A DNA stretch of 64,000 nt from Oscillospiraceae bacterium. Lineage in GTDB: Bacteria > Bacillota > Clostridia > Oscillospirales > Oscillospiraceae. Below are positions 6,977 through 15,911 of this stretch, one piece after another. Made by a program: the position numbers and the translations under genes. Each line of letters opens with the position of its first letter. Within the stretch, counting starts at the first letter, position 1. The stretch is taken from assembly GCA_024691985.1 (NCBI GenBank), contig JAILNC010000099.1:18606-82605 (forward strand), read 5' to 3'. The notes under the pieces were generated by a model. That model did no database searches. It saw nothing but the letters and a program-made list of their open reading frames with translations, and was not told the DNA's origin.

Positions 6977-9904
6977 TTACTCGGTGCGCAGCGCTTCGAC
7001 GGGGTCCTTCTTCGCCGCGAGTCCCGAGGGGATCAGCCCCGCGAAGAAGGTCAGCAGCACGCTCACGCCCACGAGCCCGACGCCGCCGAGAAGCGGCAGG
7101 GACGCGTTGAGCGACTGGATGCCGGTCAGATCGTGCACAATGATGTTGATCGGGATGTTCAGCAGCAGCGTCGCGCCGATGCCGATGGCTCCGGCGAAGA
7201 GGCCGATGATGAAGGTCTCGGCGTTGAACACGCGCGAAACGTCGCGCTTGGATGCGCCGATGGCGCGCAGGATGCCGATCTCCTTTGTGCGCTCGAGCAC
7301 GCTGATATAGGTGATGATGCCGATCATGATCGACGAGACCACCAGCGAGATCGCCACAAAGGCGATCAGCACATAGCTGATGACGTTGATGATGGAGGAG
7401 ATGGACTTCATCAGCAGGGCCACGATGTCCGTGTACTCGATCTGGTCGTCCTCCTCCACGCCGTCGTTGTAGGCGGTGATCGCGTCGGCGATGGCGTCCT
7501 TGTCCTCAAAGGTGGAGGCGTAGATGTTGATCCTGCTCGGGCTCTCGAGATCGACGTAGCCGAGCTTTTTTAGATTTGCCTTGAGCGTGCTCTCGGAGTA
7601 GACCGGCGGCATGGCGTTTTCATACAGCCACAGATAATCGTCGTCCTCCAGGCTCAGCAGGGCAAATTCCTTTGCCAGCTCCCTGTCCTTGAGCTTGGCG
7701 TAGAGATTGCGCATCTGGATGCCGTACTGCTCCTTGACCTGTTCGGCGATCATCTGCCGTACGTAGTCGAAAAGCGTCTCGTCGTCCATCTTCTCGAGGA
7801 AGGAGGAATAGCCCGGATAGTATTCCAGCACCATCTCCTCGATGTCCTTGCGCGTGGTGTCCTCCATCTCCTCGTCGATCTTCTCGTTGACGTAGTCGTC
7901 CTCGGGCACGCTCATGAACTCGACATACAGCTCCGCGAGCTGCTTTTCGTCGGCGTTCTCAATGTAGTCCTTCGCGGCCTCGATCTTTTTCGCCTTGCTC
8001 ATGGCGTCGTCGCTCTCGTCGAGGAAGGGCAGACCGTTGAAGACGTCGTGCTCCGGATCGGCAAGCTGCCATACGACCAGATCCTTCTGCTGCGCCTGCC
8101 TGACCACATACTCCACCAGCGCGTGCGTGAAGCCCACCGCGCCGGTGCTCATCATGCCGGCCACCGCGTCCTCGTTCTGGCGGATGATGCCGACGATGCG
8201 GATGGGCAGCCCGTCCTTATACAGCGTGCGCAGGCCGAGCTCCTCATCTGCGACGAGGACATACTCCTCCTTCTCGTCGTCATACTGGTACTCGTCGGCC
8301 GGGTAGATGTAGCGGAAGACCATGGCGCACACGTCCTCGTAGCGCCAGCTCTCCAGCTCGCTGTGCAGGTTCTCCTGGTTCATGAAGGTCTCCATGTCGT
8401 CCGAGAGATTGCTGCTGGACTTGAGCCCCAGCGCGTAGAGCACGAGGTCCGACACCTCGTTGTTCTTGTCGACCACGAGCACGACCTCGTCGTAGTTCTC
8501 GGGCCATTTGCCGTAGATCAGATCGTACTGCGCCTTCAACAGCGGGCTGACCAGCTCGTCCCCCTCCCCGGCGAGCATCTCCTGCCAGGCGTTCATCATC
8601 GTGTAGGCCGAGCCGAAGGTCGAGAAATAACTGCTGTAGTCGCCGCCGAAGGTCGCGCTCATGGCGCTCTGCAGCAGCTCGGTGATATCGGTCTTGACGA
8701 TATTGTCGTCACTGTCCTGGGCGTAGATGTTCATGTCCAGATCGTAGGAATACTGTACGGAGCTGATATGCGAGGCCATCTCCGCGTCGTGCTCGAGATG
8801 GTATTTAAAGGGCTTGAGGTTGTTGGTCTGCTTCTCGGCGGAGACCATGGAGTTCATCATGTCGTAGAGGATGGTGCTCGAGTAGACGGCGTCCTTCTCG
8901 TGCTGGTTCTCCTCCGCCTCGGCCTGCACGCCCATGAGCGAGGTCATCATGCTCGTCATATCCACGCTCTCGGCCTCGATCGTGATGGGGTAGCTTGACA
9001 GCGTATCCTCCTGCACCTTGTCGATGTAGTTCTGGATACCGTTGGACAGCGACATGATCAGCGCGATGCCGATGATGCCGATGCTCCCGGCGAAGGCGGT
9101 GAGCACGGTGCGCGTCTTCTTGGTCAGGAGGTTATTCATGGACAGGGCCAGGGCCGTGAAAAAGCTCATCGAGGTCTTTTCCGAGCGCGAGATGCGGTGC
9201 GCCTGCGCGGTATCGCCGCTGCCGGAGTCGTAGGGGGCGCTGTCATCGGTGATGCGCCCGTCCTTCAGGCGGATGATGCGGCTGGCATAGGCGTTGGCGA
9301 TATCCGGGTTGTGCGTGACCATGATGATCAGCTTGTCCTTCGAGATTTCCTTCAGGATCTCCATGATCTGCACGGAGGTGTCGGTATCCAGCGCGCCGGT
9401 CGGCTCGTCGGCCAGCAGGATGTCGGGGTCGTTGACCAGCGCGCGGGCGATGGCGACGCGCTGCATCTGACCGCCGGACATCTGGCTCGGCCTCTTGTAG
9501 AGCTGATCGCCGAGCCCGACCTTTTCCAGCGCCTCTGTCGCGCGCCTGCGCCGTTCGGCGGGCCCGACGCCCGAGAGCGTCAGCGCGAGCTCGACGTTGG
9601 ACAGGACGTTCTGATGCGGGATCAGGTTGTAGGACTGGAACACGAAGCCTACCGAGTGGTTGCGGTATGAATCCCAGTCGGCGTCGGTGAAGCGTTTGGT
9701 GGACTTGTTGTTGATGATCAGGTCGCCCGCGCTGTAGTGGTCGAGGCCGCCGATGATGTTCAGCAGTGTCGTCTTGCCGCAGCCGGAGTGGCCGAGGATC
9801 GCCACGAACTCGCTTTCGCGAAACTCCAGATCCACGCCCTTGAGCGCGTGTACAGGAGTCTCGCCGACGATGTAATCCTTTTTGATCTGGGTTAGTTTGA
9901 GCAT
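6977..9904 (-). CDS. ABC transporter, fused ATP-binding and FtsX/MacB-type permease protein with a large extracytoplasmic domain
   Basis: The N-terminus has Walker A GHSGCGKTT, signature SGGQMQR and Walker B LLADEPTGALD. The C-terminus has FtsX-like TM helices (…SIMIGIITYISVLERTKEIGILRAIGASKRDV…). GAGGGA lies before the ATG at 9904. Confidence 0.85.
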   Translation of the reverse strand: MLKLTQIKKDYIVGETPVHALKGVDLEFRESEFVAILGHSGCGKTTLLNIIGGLDHYSAGDLIINNKSTKRFTDADWDSYRNHSVGFVFQSYNLIPHQNVLSNVELALTLSGVGPAERRRRATEALEKVGLGDQLYKRPSQMSGGQMQRVAIARALVNDPDILLADEPTGALDTDTSVQIMEILKEISKDKLIIMVTHNPDIANAYASRIIRLKDGRITDDSAPYDSGSGDTAQAHRISRSEKTSMSFFTALALSMNNLLTKKTRTVLTAFAGSIGIIGIALIMSLSNGIQNYIDKVQEDTLSSYPITIEAESVDMTSMMTSLMGVQAEAEENQHEKDAVYSSTILYDMMNSMVSAEKQTNNLKPFKYHLEHDAEMASHISSVQYSYDLDMNIYAQDSDDNIVKTDITELLQSAMSATFGGDYSSYFSTFGSAYTMMNAWQEMLAGEGDELVSPLLKAQYDLIYGKWPENYDEVVLVVDKNNEVSDLVLYALGLKSSSNLSDDMETFMNQENLHSELESWRYEDVCAMVFRYIYPADEYQYDDEKEEYVLVADEELGLRTLYKDGLPIRIVGIIRQNEDAVAGMMSTGAVGFTHALVEYVVRQAQQKDLVVWQLADPEHDVFNGLPFLDESDDAMSKAKKIEAAKDYIENADEKQLAELYVEFMSVPEDDYVNEKIDEEMEDTTRKDIEEMVLEYYPGYSSFLEKMDDETLFDYVRQMIAEQVKEQYGIQMRNLYAKLKDRELAKEFALLSLEDDDYLWLYENAMPPVYSESTLKANLKKLGYVDLESPSRINIYASTFEDKDAIADAITAYNDGVEEDDQIEYTDIVALLMKSISSIINVISYVLIAFVAISLVVSSIMIGIITYISVLERTKEIGILRAIGASKRDVSRVFNAETFIIGLFAGAIGIGATLLLNIPINIIVHDLTGIQSLNASLPLLGGVGLVGVSVLLTFFAGLIPSGLAAKKDPVEALRTE

Positions 9905-9981
9905 TCCGATCCCTCATTGCGAAGCAAGAATTTGTTGACACGGCGGGCTTTGTGGAGTAGAATATGCAAGCTGTCAGACAA

Positions 9982-10058
9982 GCCCACGTAGCTCAGCAGG
10001 ATAGAGCGGCCGCCTCCTAAGCGGCAGGCCAGAGGTTCGAATCCTCCCGTGGGTGCCA
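9982..10058 (+). tRNA. tRNA-Arg (anticodon CCT)
   Basis: Hand-folded cloverleaf with these parts:
- Acceptor stem GCCCACG/CGTGGGT
- D-arm GCTC-AGCAGGATA-GAGC
- Anticodon stem GCCGC/GCGGC with loop CTCCTAA
- T-loop TTCGAAT
- Encoded 3' CCA. Confidence 0.9.
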
Positions 10059-10060
10059 AA

Positions 10061-10100
10061 AAGCCGAAAGCCTTTGCTGTCAAGGGCTCTCGGCTTTTAT
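10061..10100 (+). terminator. tRNA terminator hairpin; its 3' arm plus T-tract is tandemly duplicated (10086-10100 and 10101-10115)
   Basis: AAGCCGAAAGCC…GGGCTCTCGGCTTTTAT. The 15-mer GCTCTCGGCTTTTAT occurs twice back to back. Confidence 0.5.
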
Positions 10101-10183
10101 GCTCTCGGCTTTTATTAGTATACCACGCCTGAAGTAAAAAAGATAGACACGCTGTAAAATATCTTTGCACCTTCTCCCTCCAC

Positions 10184-10222
10184 GTCATTGCGAGCCAGTG
10201 CGCACACTGGCGTGGCAATCCG
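10184..10222. repeat. REP-like palindromic element of the GTCATTGCGAGCC…GGCGTGGCAATCCG family, copy 1
   Basis: GTCATTGCGAGCCAGTGcgcaCACTGGCGTGGCAATCCG. The second copy is at 24873-24915, with the same ends and a different loop. Confidence 0.6.
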
Positions 10223-10254
10223 CATCCCCCGTCTCCTATCCCCGGGGGAAATCC

Positions 10255-10278
10255 AAGGAGGGCCCGCAGGCCCTCCTT
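10255..10278. terminator. GC-rich hairpin AAGGAGGGCC-cgca-GGCCCTCCTT followed by GTGTCGTTTCAAAT
   Basis: Perfect 10-bp stem. It resembles the hairpin at 3659-3682, and the tail motif resembles the tails of the bipartite modules. Confidence 0.4.
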
Positions 10279-10301
10279 GTGTCGTTTCAAATAGGGAGAG
10301 T

Positions 10302-10339
10302 CGAGAGAGGGGAAGAAATCGAAATCTTCCCCTCTCTCG
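10302..10339. terminator. Perfect 15-bp hairpin downstream of the kinase gene
   Basis: CGAGAGAGGGGAAGA-aatcgaaa-TCTTCCCCTCTCTCG. A T-rich run follows on the plus strand only. Confidence 0.4.
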
Positions 10340-10414
10340 TGTCCTTCTTTTGCATCTTTTCTTAGGACAAGCGAAGAAAAGTTGAATCCCCACGCGACCC
10401 CTTAAGCATTTCTC

Positions 10415-12481
10415 CTACATCAGGCCCTTTTCCCTATAGTATTTTACTGCGCCATTGTGCCATGGGATAGACACGCCGGAAACGGCAGTGTTTAAGCTGA
10501 GATCCTTTCCTTTGGAATGGCCTGCAGCAATATTATCCTTGTAGTCGAACAATCCCTTGACAAAGAAGTAGACCGCGTCGTCAGAGACCTTGTTGGAGGC
10601 GACGATGGTAGCCACAACCGCCACGGCGGGGACGTCGTTCGCCACAGGGCTGTATGTGCCGCTGGGAATCTTGCCGTAGTAGTAGAAACCATAGTCGGCC
10701 TTGAGAGCGTCGGCGTGCTCGTCATCAACGGGCAGGAGATTGAAGTCAAAGCTGGTAGCCAGTTCTGTGATGGCGGTGGTGGGATAGCCGGCGACGACGA
10801 AAGCGGCATCGATGGTGCCGTTTTTAAGAGCGGTAGCAGAGTCAGCAAAACTTTTGTTAACGACGACGATGTCGTCAAAGCTAATTCCATAAGAACCAAG
10901 AATCTGATAGGCATTCCACTCGGTGCCACTGCCAATGTCGCCGACGGAGACGTTCTTGCCGCGCAACTGGTCAATGGAGGTGATATCCTTCTTGGCAAGG
11001 ATCTGTACATACTCGGGATAGCAGGAGCACACTGCGGAGAAGCTGGTTACGGGATCTTCGTTGGAGAACAGCGCGGTGCCAGTGTAGGCGTAGTAAATGA
11101 CATCACTTTGTACGATGGCGATGTCAGCTTGACCGTCATCCAACATCTGAATATTGGCCCTGGACGCACCGGTAGACTCGACATTGATGTTCAGCACGTC
11201 CTTGTATTTCTCGTTGAGGACGTTGGCGATGACGCTGCTGAAGCCGTAGTAGTTACCAGCGGTACCGCCGGACGCATAGTTCAAGCTCGTGACAGAGGGA
11301 GTCCACGTTATGACCTCTTCGCTCTTGTCTGGCTCCGATGTGACTGTTGGCTTCGTCCGTTCCGTGAATCCCATGCCGTAGACAATCAGCAAGACCACTG
11401 CCGCCACAGCTCCCAGAATCAACGGCAGCTTTGTTTTCTTTTTCACGGACTCCGGCTTCGCCGCGGGTGCCACTGGGGGCTCGGGCACGAAGCTCGTCTT
11501 CCCCTCAGCCGCCGTTTCCGGCGCAGCCCCCGCCTCCAGCATCGCACGGCGGAATTCGCCCATGTTCTGGATGCGGTCGTTGGAGAAGACCTCCAGTGCG
11601 TGCAGCAACACGTCCTCCGCCTTGCCGAGCCTTACGCCCAGTGCGCTCGGTGGGACCAGCGTATCCTCCTGTATCCGTTCCACAGACTCCGGCGGGACCC
11701 TGCTCGTGACGGTATAATAATAAGTCGCCGCCAGCGCGTAGACATCCGTCCACGGGCCCTGCCGTCCGCGGCGCATATACTGCTCGTAGGGCGCGAAGCC
11801 GTGCTTGAGGATCACGTCGAGGCTCTTGCTCTTCTCGCCGGTAGAGTAGCGCGCCGCGCCGAAGTCGATGAGCTTCGCCCGCCCGTCCTTTGTGACAAGG
11901 ACATTGTCCGGCGCGATGTCCCGGTGCACGATCCCCTTGGCGTGCACTTTCTCCAGCGATTCCATCAGCGGCAGCAGCAGGCGATCCGCCTCGTCAGGCG
12001 TCAGCCGCCCGCCCTTCGCCGCCATGTATTTGTCCAGCGGCAGGCCGTCGACGTACTCCATGCAGAAGTAGGCCGTGCCGTTTTCCTCAAAATAACTGTA
12101 GATGCGGACGATGTGGCTGTCTCCGATGAAGGCCGCGAGGGTCTTCGCCTCCTCCAGAAACTGCGCCCTGCCGTAGACGAAGTTCTCCGCCCGGTCGCCG
12201 GAATACACCTGGACCGAGGGGCTGCCCGCGCTCCTGTTCGCAAACTCCGCCGGCAGGTATTCCTTGATCGCGACGCGCTCCTTCATGCTGTCGTCCCAGG
12301 CGAGATAGGTGATGCCGAAGCCGCCCTGACCGAGGACGTGGCCGAGAATGTAGCGCCCATTCAAAATCGAGTCGGGGCGCAGCGCCAGCGGGTATTTTTC
12401 CGCGTATCCCGTTCCGTCAAAGCCGCAGTACGGGCACGCGCCCTCCGTATTCACTTCCCGAAAACAATGCGGGCACTGCAT
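10415..12481 (-). CDS. Ser/Thr protein kinase with N-terminal zinc-ribbon, one TM helix and a C-terminal extracellular TAXI-family (TRAP-type) solute-binding domain
   Basis: Domains read from the translation:
- Zinc ribbon: MQCPHCFREVNTEGACPYCG
- Hanks kinase motifs: GQGGFGITY, VAIKEY, HRDIAPDNVLV, DFGAA
- Pro/Ala-rich linker and TM segment LPLILGAVAAVVLLIVYGMGF
- TAXI-like domain: …SGGTAGNYYGF…STGASRANIQMLDDGQADIAIVQSDV…YPEYVQILAKKD…GSGTEWNA…DAAFVVAGYPTTAITELA…. Confidence 0.85.
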   Translation of the reverse strand: MQCPHCFREVNTEGACPYCGFDGTGYAEKYPLALRPDSILNGRYILGHVLGQGGFGITYLAWDDSMKERVAIKEYLPAEFANRSAGSPSVQVYSGDRAENFVYGRAQFLEEAKTLAAFIGDSHIVRIYSYFEENGTAYFCMEYVDGLPLDKYMAAKGGRLTPDEADRLLLPLMESLEKVHAKGIVHRDIAPDNVLVTKDGRAKLIDFGAARYSTGEKSKSLDVILKHGFAPYEQYMRRGRQGPWTDVYALAATYYYTVTSRVPPESVERIQEDTLVPPSALGVRLGKAEDVLLHALEVFSNDRIQNMGEFRRAMLEAGAAPETAAEGKTSFVPEPPVAPAAKPESVKKKTKLPLILGAVAAVVLLIVYGMGFTERTKPTVTSEPDKSEEVITWTPSVTSLNYASGGTAGNYYGFSSVIANVLNEKYKDVLNINVESTGASRANIQMLDDGQADIAIVQSDVIYYAYTGTALFSNEDPVTSFSAVCSCYPEYVQILAKKDITSIDQLRGKNVSVGDIGSGTEWNAYQILGSYGISFDDIVVVNKSFADSATALKNGTIDAAFVVAGYPTTAITELATSFDFNLLPVDDEHADALKADYGFYYYGKIPSGTYSPVANDVPAVAVVATIVASNKVSDDAVYFFVKGLFDYKDNIAAGHSKGKDLSLNTAVSGVSIPWHNGAVKYYREKGLM

Positions 12482-12618
12482 ATGCGGGCTTCCCCCTTTC
12501 TTCCTTTTCAGGATACAGTATATCGAATACAGTCAACAATGACAAGTAAGGATTGCGGTTTTTTCCCGTTTGGTGTAGAATCATGCCGTGAGTATCGCGA
12601 AGGAAGGGAGGCGCAGAA

Positions 12619-13668
12619 ATGAAGCGAGTGGAGTGGATCGACTCCTGCCGTTTTCTTGCCATGCTCGTGATCATGGTCACGCACTTTCTGGCGATGTTCT
12701 CTCCCGACGCGCTCCAGCTCTGGGAACAAATGCCCGGCCGCCTTATTCTGGGCGGCATCACGGGGAAGCTTTCGGTGGCGGTCTTCTTCGTTTTGCTCGG
12801 CTATTTCGCCTCCAAGCCGAAGCCCTTCTCTCTTTCCGCCTTTGGCCGCTATACGCTGCGGCGCTATATATACTTTGTCTTCTTCGCGCTTCTGGCGACG
12901 CTTCTGTATCTGCTCGGCGGCTATGCGGTCACCTGGCTCTTTCACACTCCGGACGAATCTGTCTTTGTCATCCTCTCCGACGGCCCGCGCTACAATCTGA
13001 TCTATCTGCTGCGCGACGGCTTCCTTCTCGAGGATCATTACATAGACACGCTCTGGTGCATGCAGTCGCTGTTTCTGGCCAGCATCGTCTGCCGTCTCTT
13101 CGGTTATCTGCCCGCGCGTCTCGGGCCCGGTCTGCGCGCTCTGCTCGCTTTCGCCGTGATCGCATTGCTGCTGCTTCTCAACGCTGCGTTCTTTGTTTGG
13201 GTCTGCGTCGGGCTGCTGGGCTGTTTGCTGCGGCTTGTGTCGGACAGTTCGCGCGAGCTTCGCATCAAGCCGCTGCTCCCGCGTCTTCTTCTGTTCCTGA
13301 CCGGTTTGGTGATCATAAAGCTGCCGCTGGACGAAGGCCCGCTTCTCTATTTCCTGCAGGGCCTTGTCGCCTTGACATGGACGTATCTGATCCTTTGCGC
13401 CGAAAGCGTGCAGCGTTTTCTCTCCCGTGCGCCTCTGCCGCGGCTCGGAAAGCTCACAATGGGCCTCTTTGTTCTGCACACCCCGGTGTATTCCCTGCTC
13501 CGCTCCTCTCTCTTCCCGCTCATGCAGAAGGTCCTGCCCGATGCGGCGACGCTGCCGCTATGCTTCTGTCTCGGCGTCTCTCTGACGTTGGTAGGGGCCT
13601 GGCTACTGCATCGCGCCTACGACGCCTTTGCCCTCCTTTTCCGGCGCGAACGCGTCTCCGCACGTTAA
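12619..13668 (+). CDS. Acyltransferase family 3 (OafA/YrhL-like membrane O-acyltransferase)
   Basis: MKRVEWIDSCRFLAMLVIMVTHFLAM… followed by about 10 hydrophobic segments. GGAAGGGAGG lies before the ATG. Confidence 0.8.
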   Translation: MKRVEWIDSCRFLAMLVIMVTHFLAMFSPDALQLWEQMPGRLILGGITGKLSVAVFFVLLGYFASKPKPFSLSAFGRYTLRRYIYFVFFALLATLLYLLGGYAVTWLFHTPDESVFVILSDGPRYNLIYLLRDGFLLEDHYIDTLWCMQSLFLASIVCRLFGYLPARLGPGLRALLAFAVIALLLLLNAAFFVWVCVGLLGCLLRLVSDSSRELRIKPLLPRLLLFLTGLVIIKLPLDEGPLLYFLQGLVALTWTYLILCAESVQRFLSRAPLPRLGKLTMGLFVLHTPVYSLLRSSLFPLMQKVLPDAATLPLCFCLGVSLTLVGAWLLHRAYDAFALLFRRERVSAR

Positions 13669-13680
13669 ATCGGATATTGC

Positions 13681-13710
13681 AAAAGCAGACCCCGTGGGGT
13701 CTGCTTTTTT
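13681..13710. terminator. Bidirectional terminator between convergent genes
   Basis: AAAAGCAGACCCC-GT-GGGGTCTGCTTTTTT. Confidence 0.6.
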
Positions 13711-13717
13711 CTTTGCC

Positions 13718-14050
13718 TTATTTCCAGTCCTTCCACACCTCGGGGCAATAGCCGACGGTGGCCTGCCTGCCGTTGCGCACGATCGGCGTCTTGAGCAGCT
13801 CCGGCACCTCGTAGAGCTTGTCGAGTTTCGCATCGACCGAGGCGAGGTAGTTGAACAGCGCGTAGTCTCGATCCGCCGGATCGGCCATGCTGTCAAGCCC
13901 GACCGCGTTATTGACAGAGCTCAGCTCTCCCCTGCTCATGCCGTATTTCAGCACGTCGATGTACTGATACTTGATGCGGCGCTCCTTGAACCAGCGCTCG
14001 GCCTTTTTCGTGTCGAAGCACTTGGACTTGCCGAAAATCTGTATGTTCAT
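13718..14050 (-). CDS. ArsC/Spx/YffB-family thioredoxin-fold protein
   Basis: MNIQIFGKSKCFDTKKAERWFKERRIKYQYIDV… shows the N-terminal Cys and fold pattern of the ArsC family. Confidence 0.8.
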   Translation of the reverse strand: MNIQIFGKSKCFDTKKAERWFKERRIKYQYIDVLKYGMSRGELSSVNNAVGLDSMADPADRDYALFNYLASVDAKLDKLYEVPELLKTPIVRNGRQATVGYCPEVWKDWK

Positions 14051-14066
14051 ATCGCGGCTCCGGTTT

Positions 14067-14759
14067 TCAGCGCAGCGTCAGGTAGAGGGCGGCGTCGGTG
14101 CTCTGCTTGTAGGGCGCGGTCCAGAAGAGGTGGACGATGCCCAGCGTAAGTATGCTCAGCAGGAACCAGCCGATAAACGAAAGATCGAGCACAAAGGCGT
14201 TCCACTTCTGCCCGTCCATCATCTCGCGCGAGCGGGTGATGATCTCAGCTGCGGGCATCTCCGGATGCTCGGCCAAGATGTAGGGCACCATACGGTAGGA
14301 ATAGGCCTTGATGATGCCCGGCACGATCAGCAGCAGCGACCACAGCAGGATATACAGATCCGTCAGAAACAGCGTGACGAAGGTGTGCCAGTAGCTGCGG
14401 AAGCCTTTGCCGATGCTGTTCAGCTCCGCGGGGGGATTCTCCGTGTTCCGGATAAAGAAGTCCAGGCAGCCGACCCGCAGAGGGTTGATGAGAAACATCC
14501 TGACCAGAAGGCTGATGACGATGACCAGAGCAAATACGCCCAGAATGGTCAGCACAAGCGCCAGCTTTTCATCGTCCGGCACGGCGTTGAGCTGCTGTGT
14601 AAGCTGCTCCGCCTGCTGGGAGGAATCCCCGCCTCTGCCGGATGCGCCCCCGGAAGCGCCGGTAAACAGCGCCAGCAGGAAGGCGACCAGCACGCACTTC
14701 CAGTAGTTTGCCTTAAACGCAGCCTTCCCCCGCGCCTTGAGTTCAGCTCTTGTCCACAT
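14067..14759 (-). CDS. DUF975 family integral membrane protein
   Basis: MWTRAELKARGKAAFKANYWKCVLVAFLLALF… is a typical DUF975 N-terminus. The start at 14759 has AAGGAGA upstream. Confidence 0.75.
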   Translation of the reverse strand: MWTRAELKARGKAAFKANYWKCVLVAFLLALFTGASGGASGRGGDSSQQAEQLTQQLNAVPDDEKLALVLTILGVFALVIVISLLVRMFLINPLRVGCLDFFIRNTENPPAELNSIGKGFRSYWHTFVTLFLTDLYILLWSLLLIVPGIIKAYSYRMVPYILAEHPEMPAAEIITRSREMMDGQKWNAFVLDLSFIGWFLLSILTLGIVHLFWTAPYKQSTDAALYLTLR

Positions 14760-14837
14760 AGTATTCTCCTTTCTCTGCTTATCAACAATGCCGCAGTCAA
14801 CCAGATGGATCAACCTCATATCGATATGACGATCTCT

Positions 14838-15908
14838 TTATTGTTTTCCGGCGGCATCTATTTCCCGTAAGATACTGACTGTATGACCAAAGCCCCGCTC
14901 CGCATCAAACAAGCCCTTCCAGCCGAGAGCCAAAAGCTCGGAGCCGTCCAAAGAAGAGTTGCTCATCGGGTTAAAGCCCCTCTTATCCTCTTCTGTCGGA
15001 ATCTCTCTCTTCAATTCCGTGCCCGCCGATCTTGCCAGTATCTCCCCCATCTCGCGGATGGAAATGACCGAATCGGGATTTGAGATATTATACGCGTGGA
15101 GGTCTTCTCCTTTTAACAACGCTTTCAGGATCGCCGAAGCGCCGTCCAGGCAATAGCAATAGCTTCTCAGCTGTGCGCCGTCGCTTTTCATGGTGATATC
15201 CTCGCCGCGCGCCGCCGCATACGCCCACGCAGAGGATACGCGGTTATCCGTCTCCAGCGCAGTCGGTCCATATATATGCCCCGGCCGAATGATCACTGAT
15301 TTGACGCCATATTCCGCCGCATAAGATGCGCAGAGCGTTTCCGCCGCCCGCTTTCCCACAGAATAGGAATTGCGGGCGTTCAAAAGGTCTATGTATCCAT
15401 ACTCATCTGTTTTGTACGGAAGATTGCCTTCTTTTTTCCCATACACCTCAGAACTCGATATGTAAAGGACGCGTCTGGCAGAAACGTCCTTTGCGTAGTC
15501 AAGCAGGTATTTCAATCCCATGAAATTGCTGAGCATCGTCTCGACCGGCTCTTTTACGACCTTGTTCGGAGATGCGTTGCCTGCTCCGTGAATGATGTAA
15601 TCGCAGGGCAGGTCAAAAACATTCTCCGTGGAAGAAGCGTCATATGGAACAAACGTGAACCAGTCTTCCCCGGAATACGGTGCAAAACGGCTTTCGATCC
15701 TCTTTTTGCTGCGTCCTGCGGCGAGGATCAGGATTTTCTCACTGTGCCGGGTATTCCAACGAATCAGCGTATCTGCAACTGCCGAGCAGATAAGTCCTGC
15801 GCAGCCTGTAATCATGATTCTGCGGCCGGAGAGCTCTTCCAGTTCCGGCAGTGCATCAACAACTTCATCCAGATCGGACGCCCATTGTCTGCTGTCGTAA
15901 ATCCCCAT
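14838..15908 (-). CDS. NAD-dependent epimerase/dehydratase (extended SDR); possible ribulose-5-P reductase-type partner of the cytidylyltransferase
   Basis: Contains a Rossmann motif ITGCAGLICSAV and SDR YxxxK (YSVGKRAAE). GAAGGAG RBS is present. The reductase role is inferred from context only. Confidence 0.75.
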   Translation of the reverse strand: MGIYDSRQWASDLDEVVDALPELEELSGRRIMITGCAGLICSAVADTLIRWNTRHSEKILILAAGRSKKRIESRFAPYSGEDWFTFVPYDASSTENVFDLPCDYIIHGAGNASPNKVVKEPVETMLSNFMGLKYLLDYAKDVSARRVLYISSSEVYGKKEGNLPYKTDEYGYIDLLNARNSYSVGKRAAETLCASYAAEYGVKSVIIRPGHIYGPTALETDNRVSSAWAYAAARGEDITMKSDGAQLRSYCYCLDGASAILKALLKGEDLHAYNISNPDSVISIREMGEILARSAGTELKREIPTEEDKRGFNPMSNSSLDGSELLALGWKGLFDAERGFGHTVSILREIDAAGKQ

Positions 15909-15911
15909 CGC

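Noticed and set aside
9892-10393. ORFs 9892-10290, 10115-10393, 10165-10365 and 10188-10385 around the tRNA
   Set aside because: They run through the tRNA-Arg, its terminator, a REP-like element and two GC hairpins. Their peptide segments such as RHCEPVRTLAWQS are the known signature of translated palindromic repeats.
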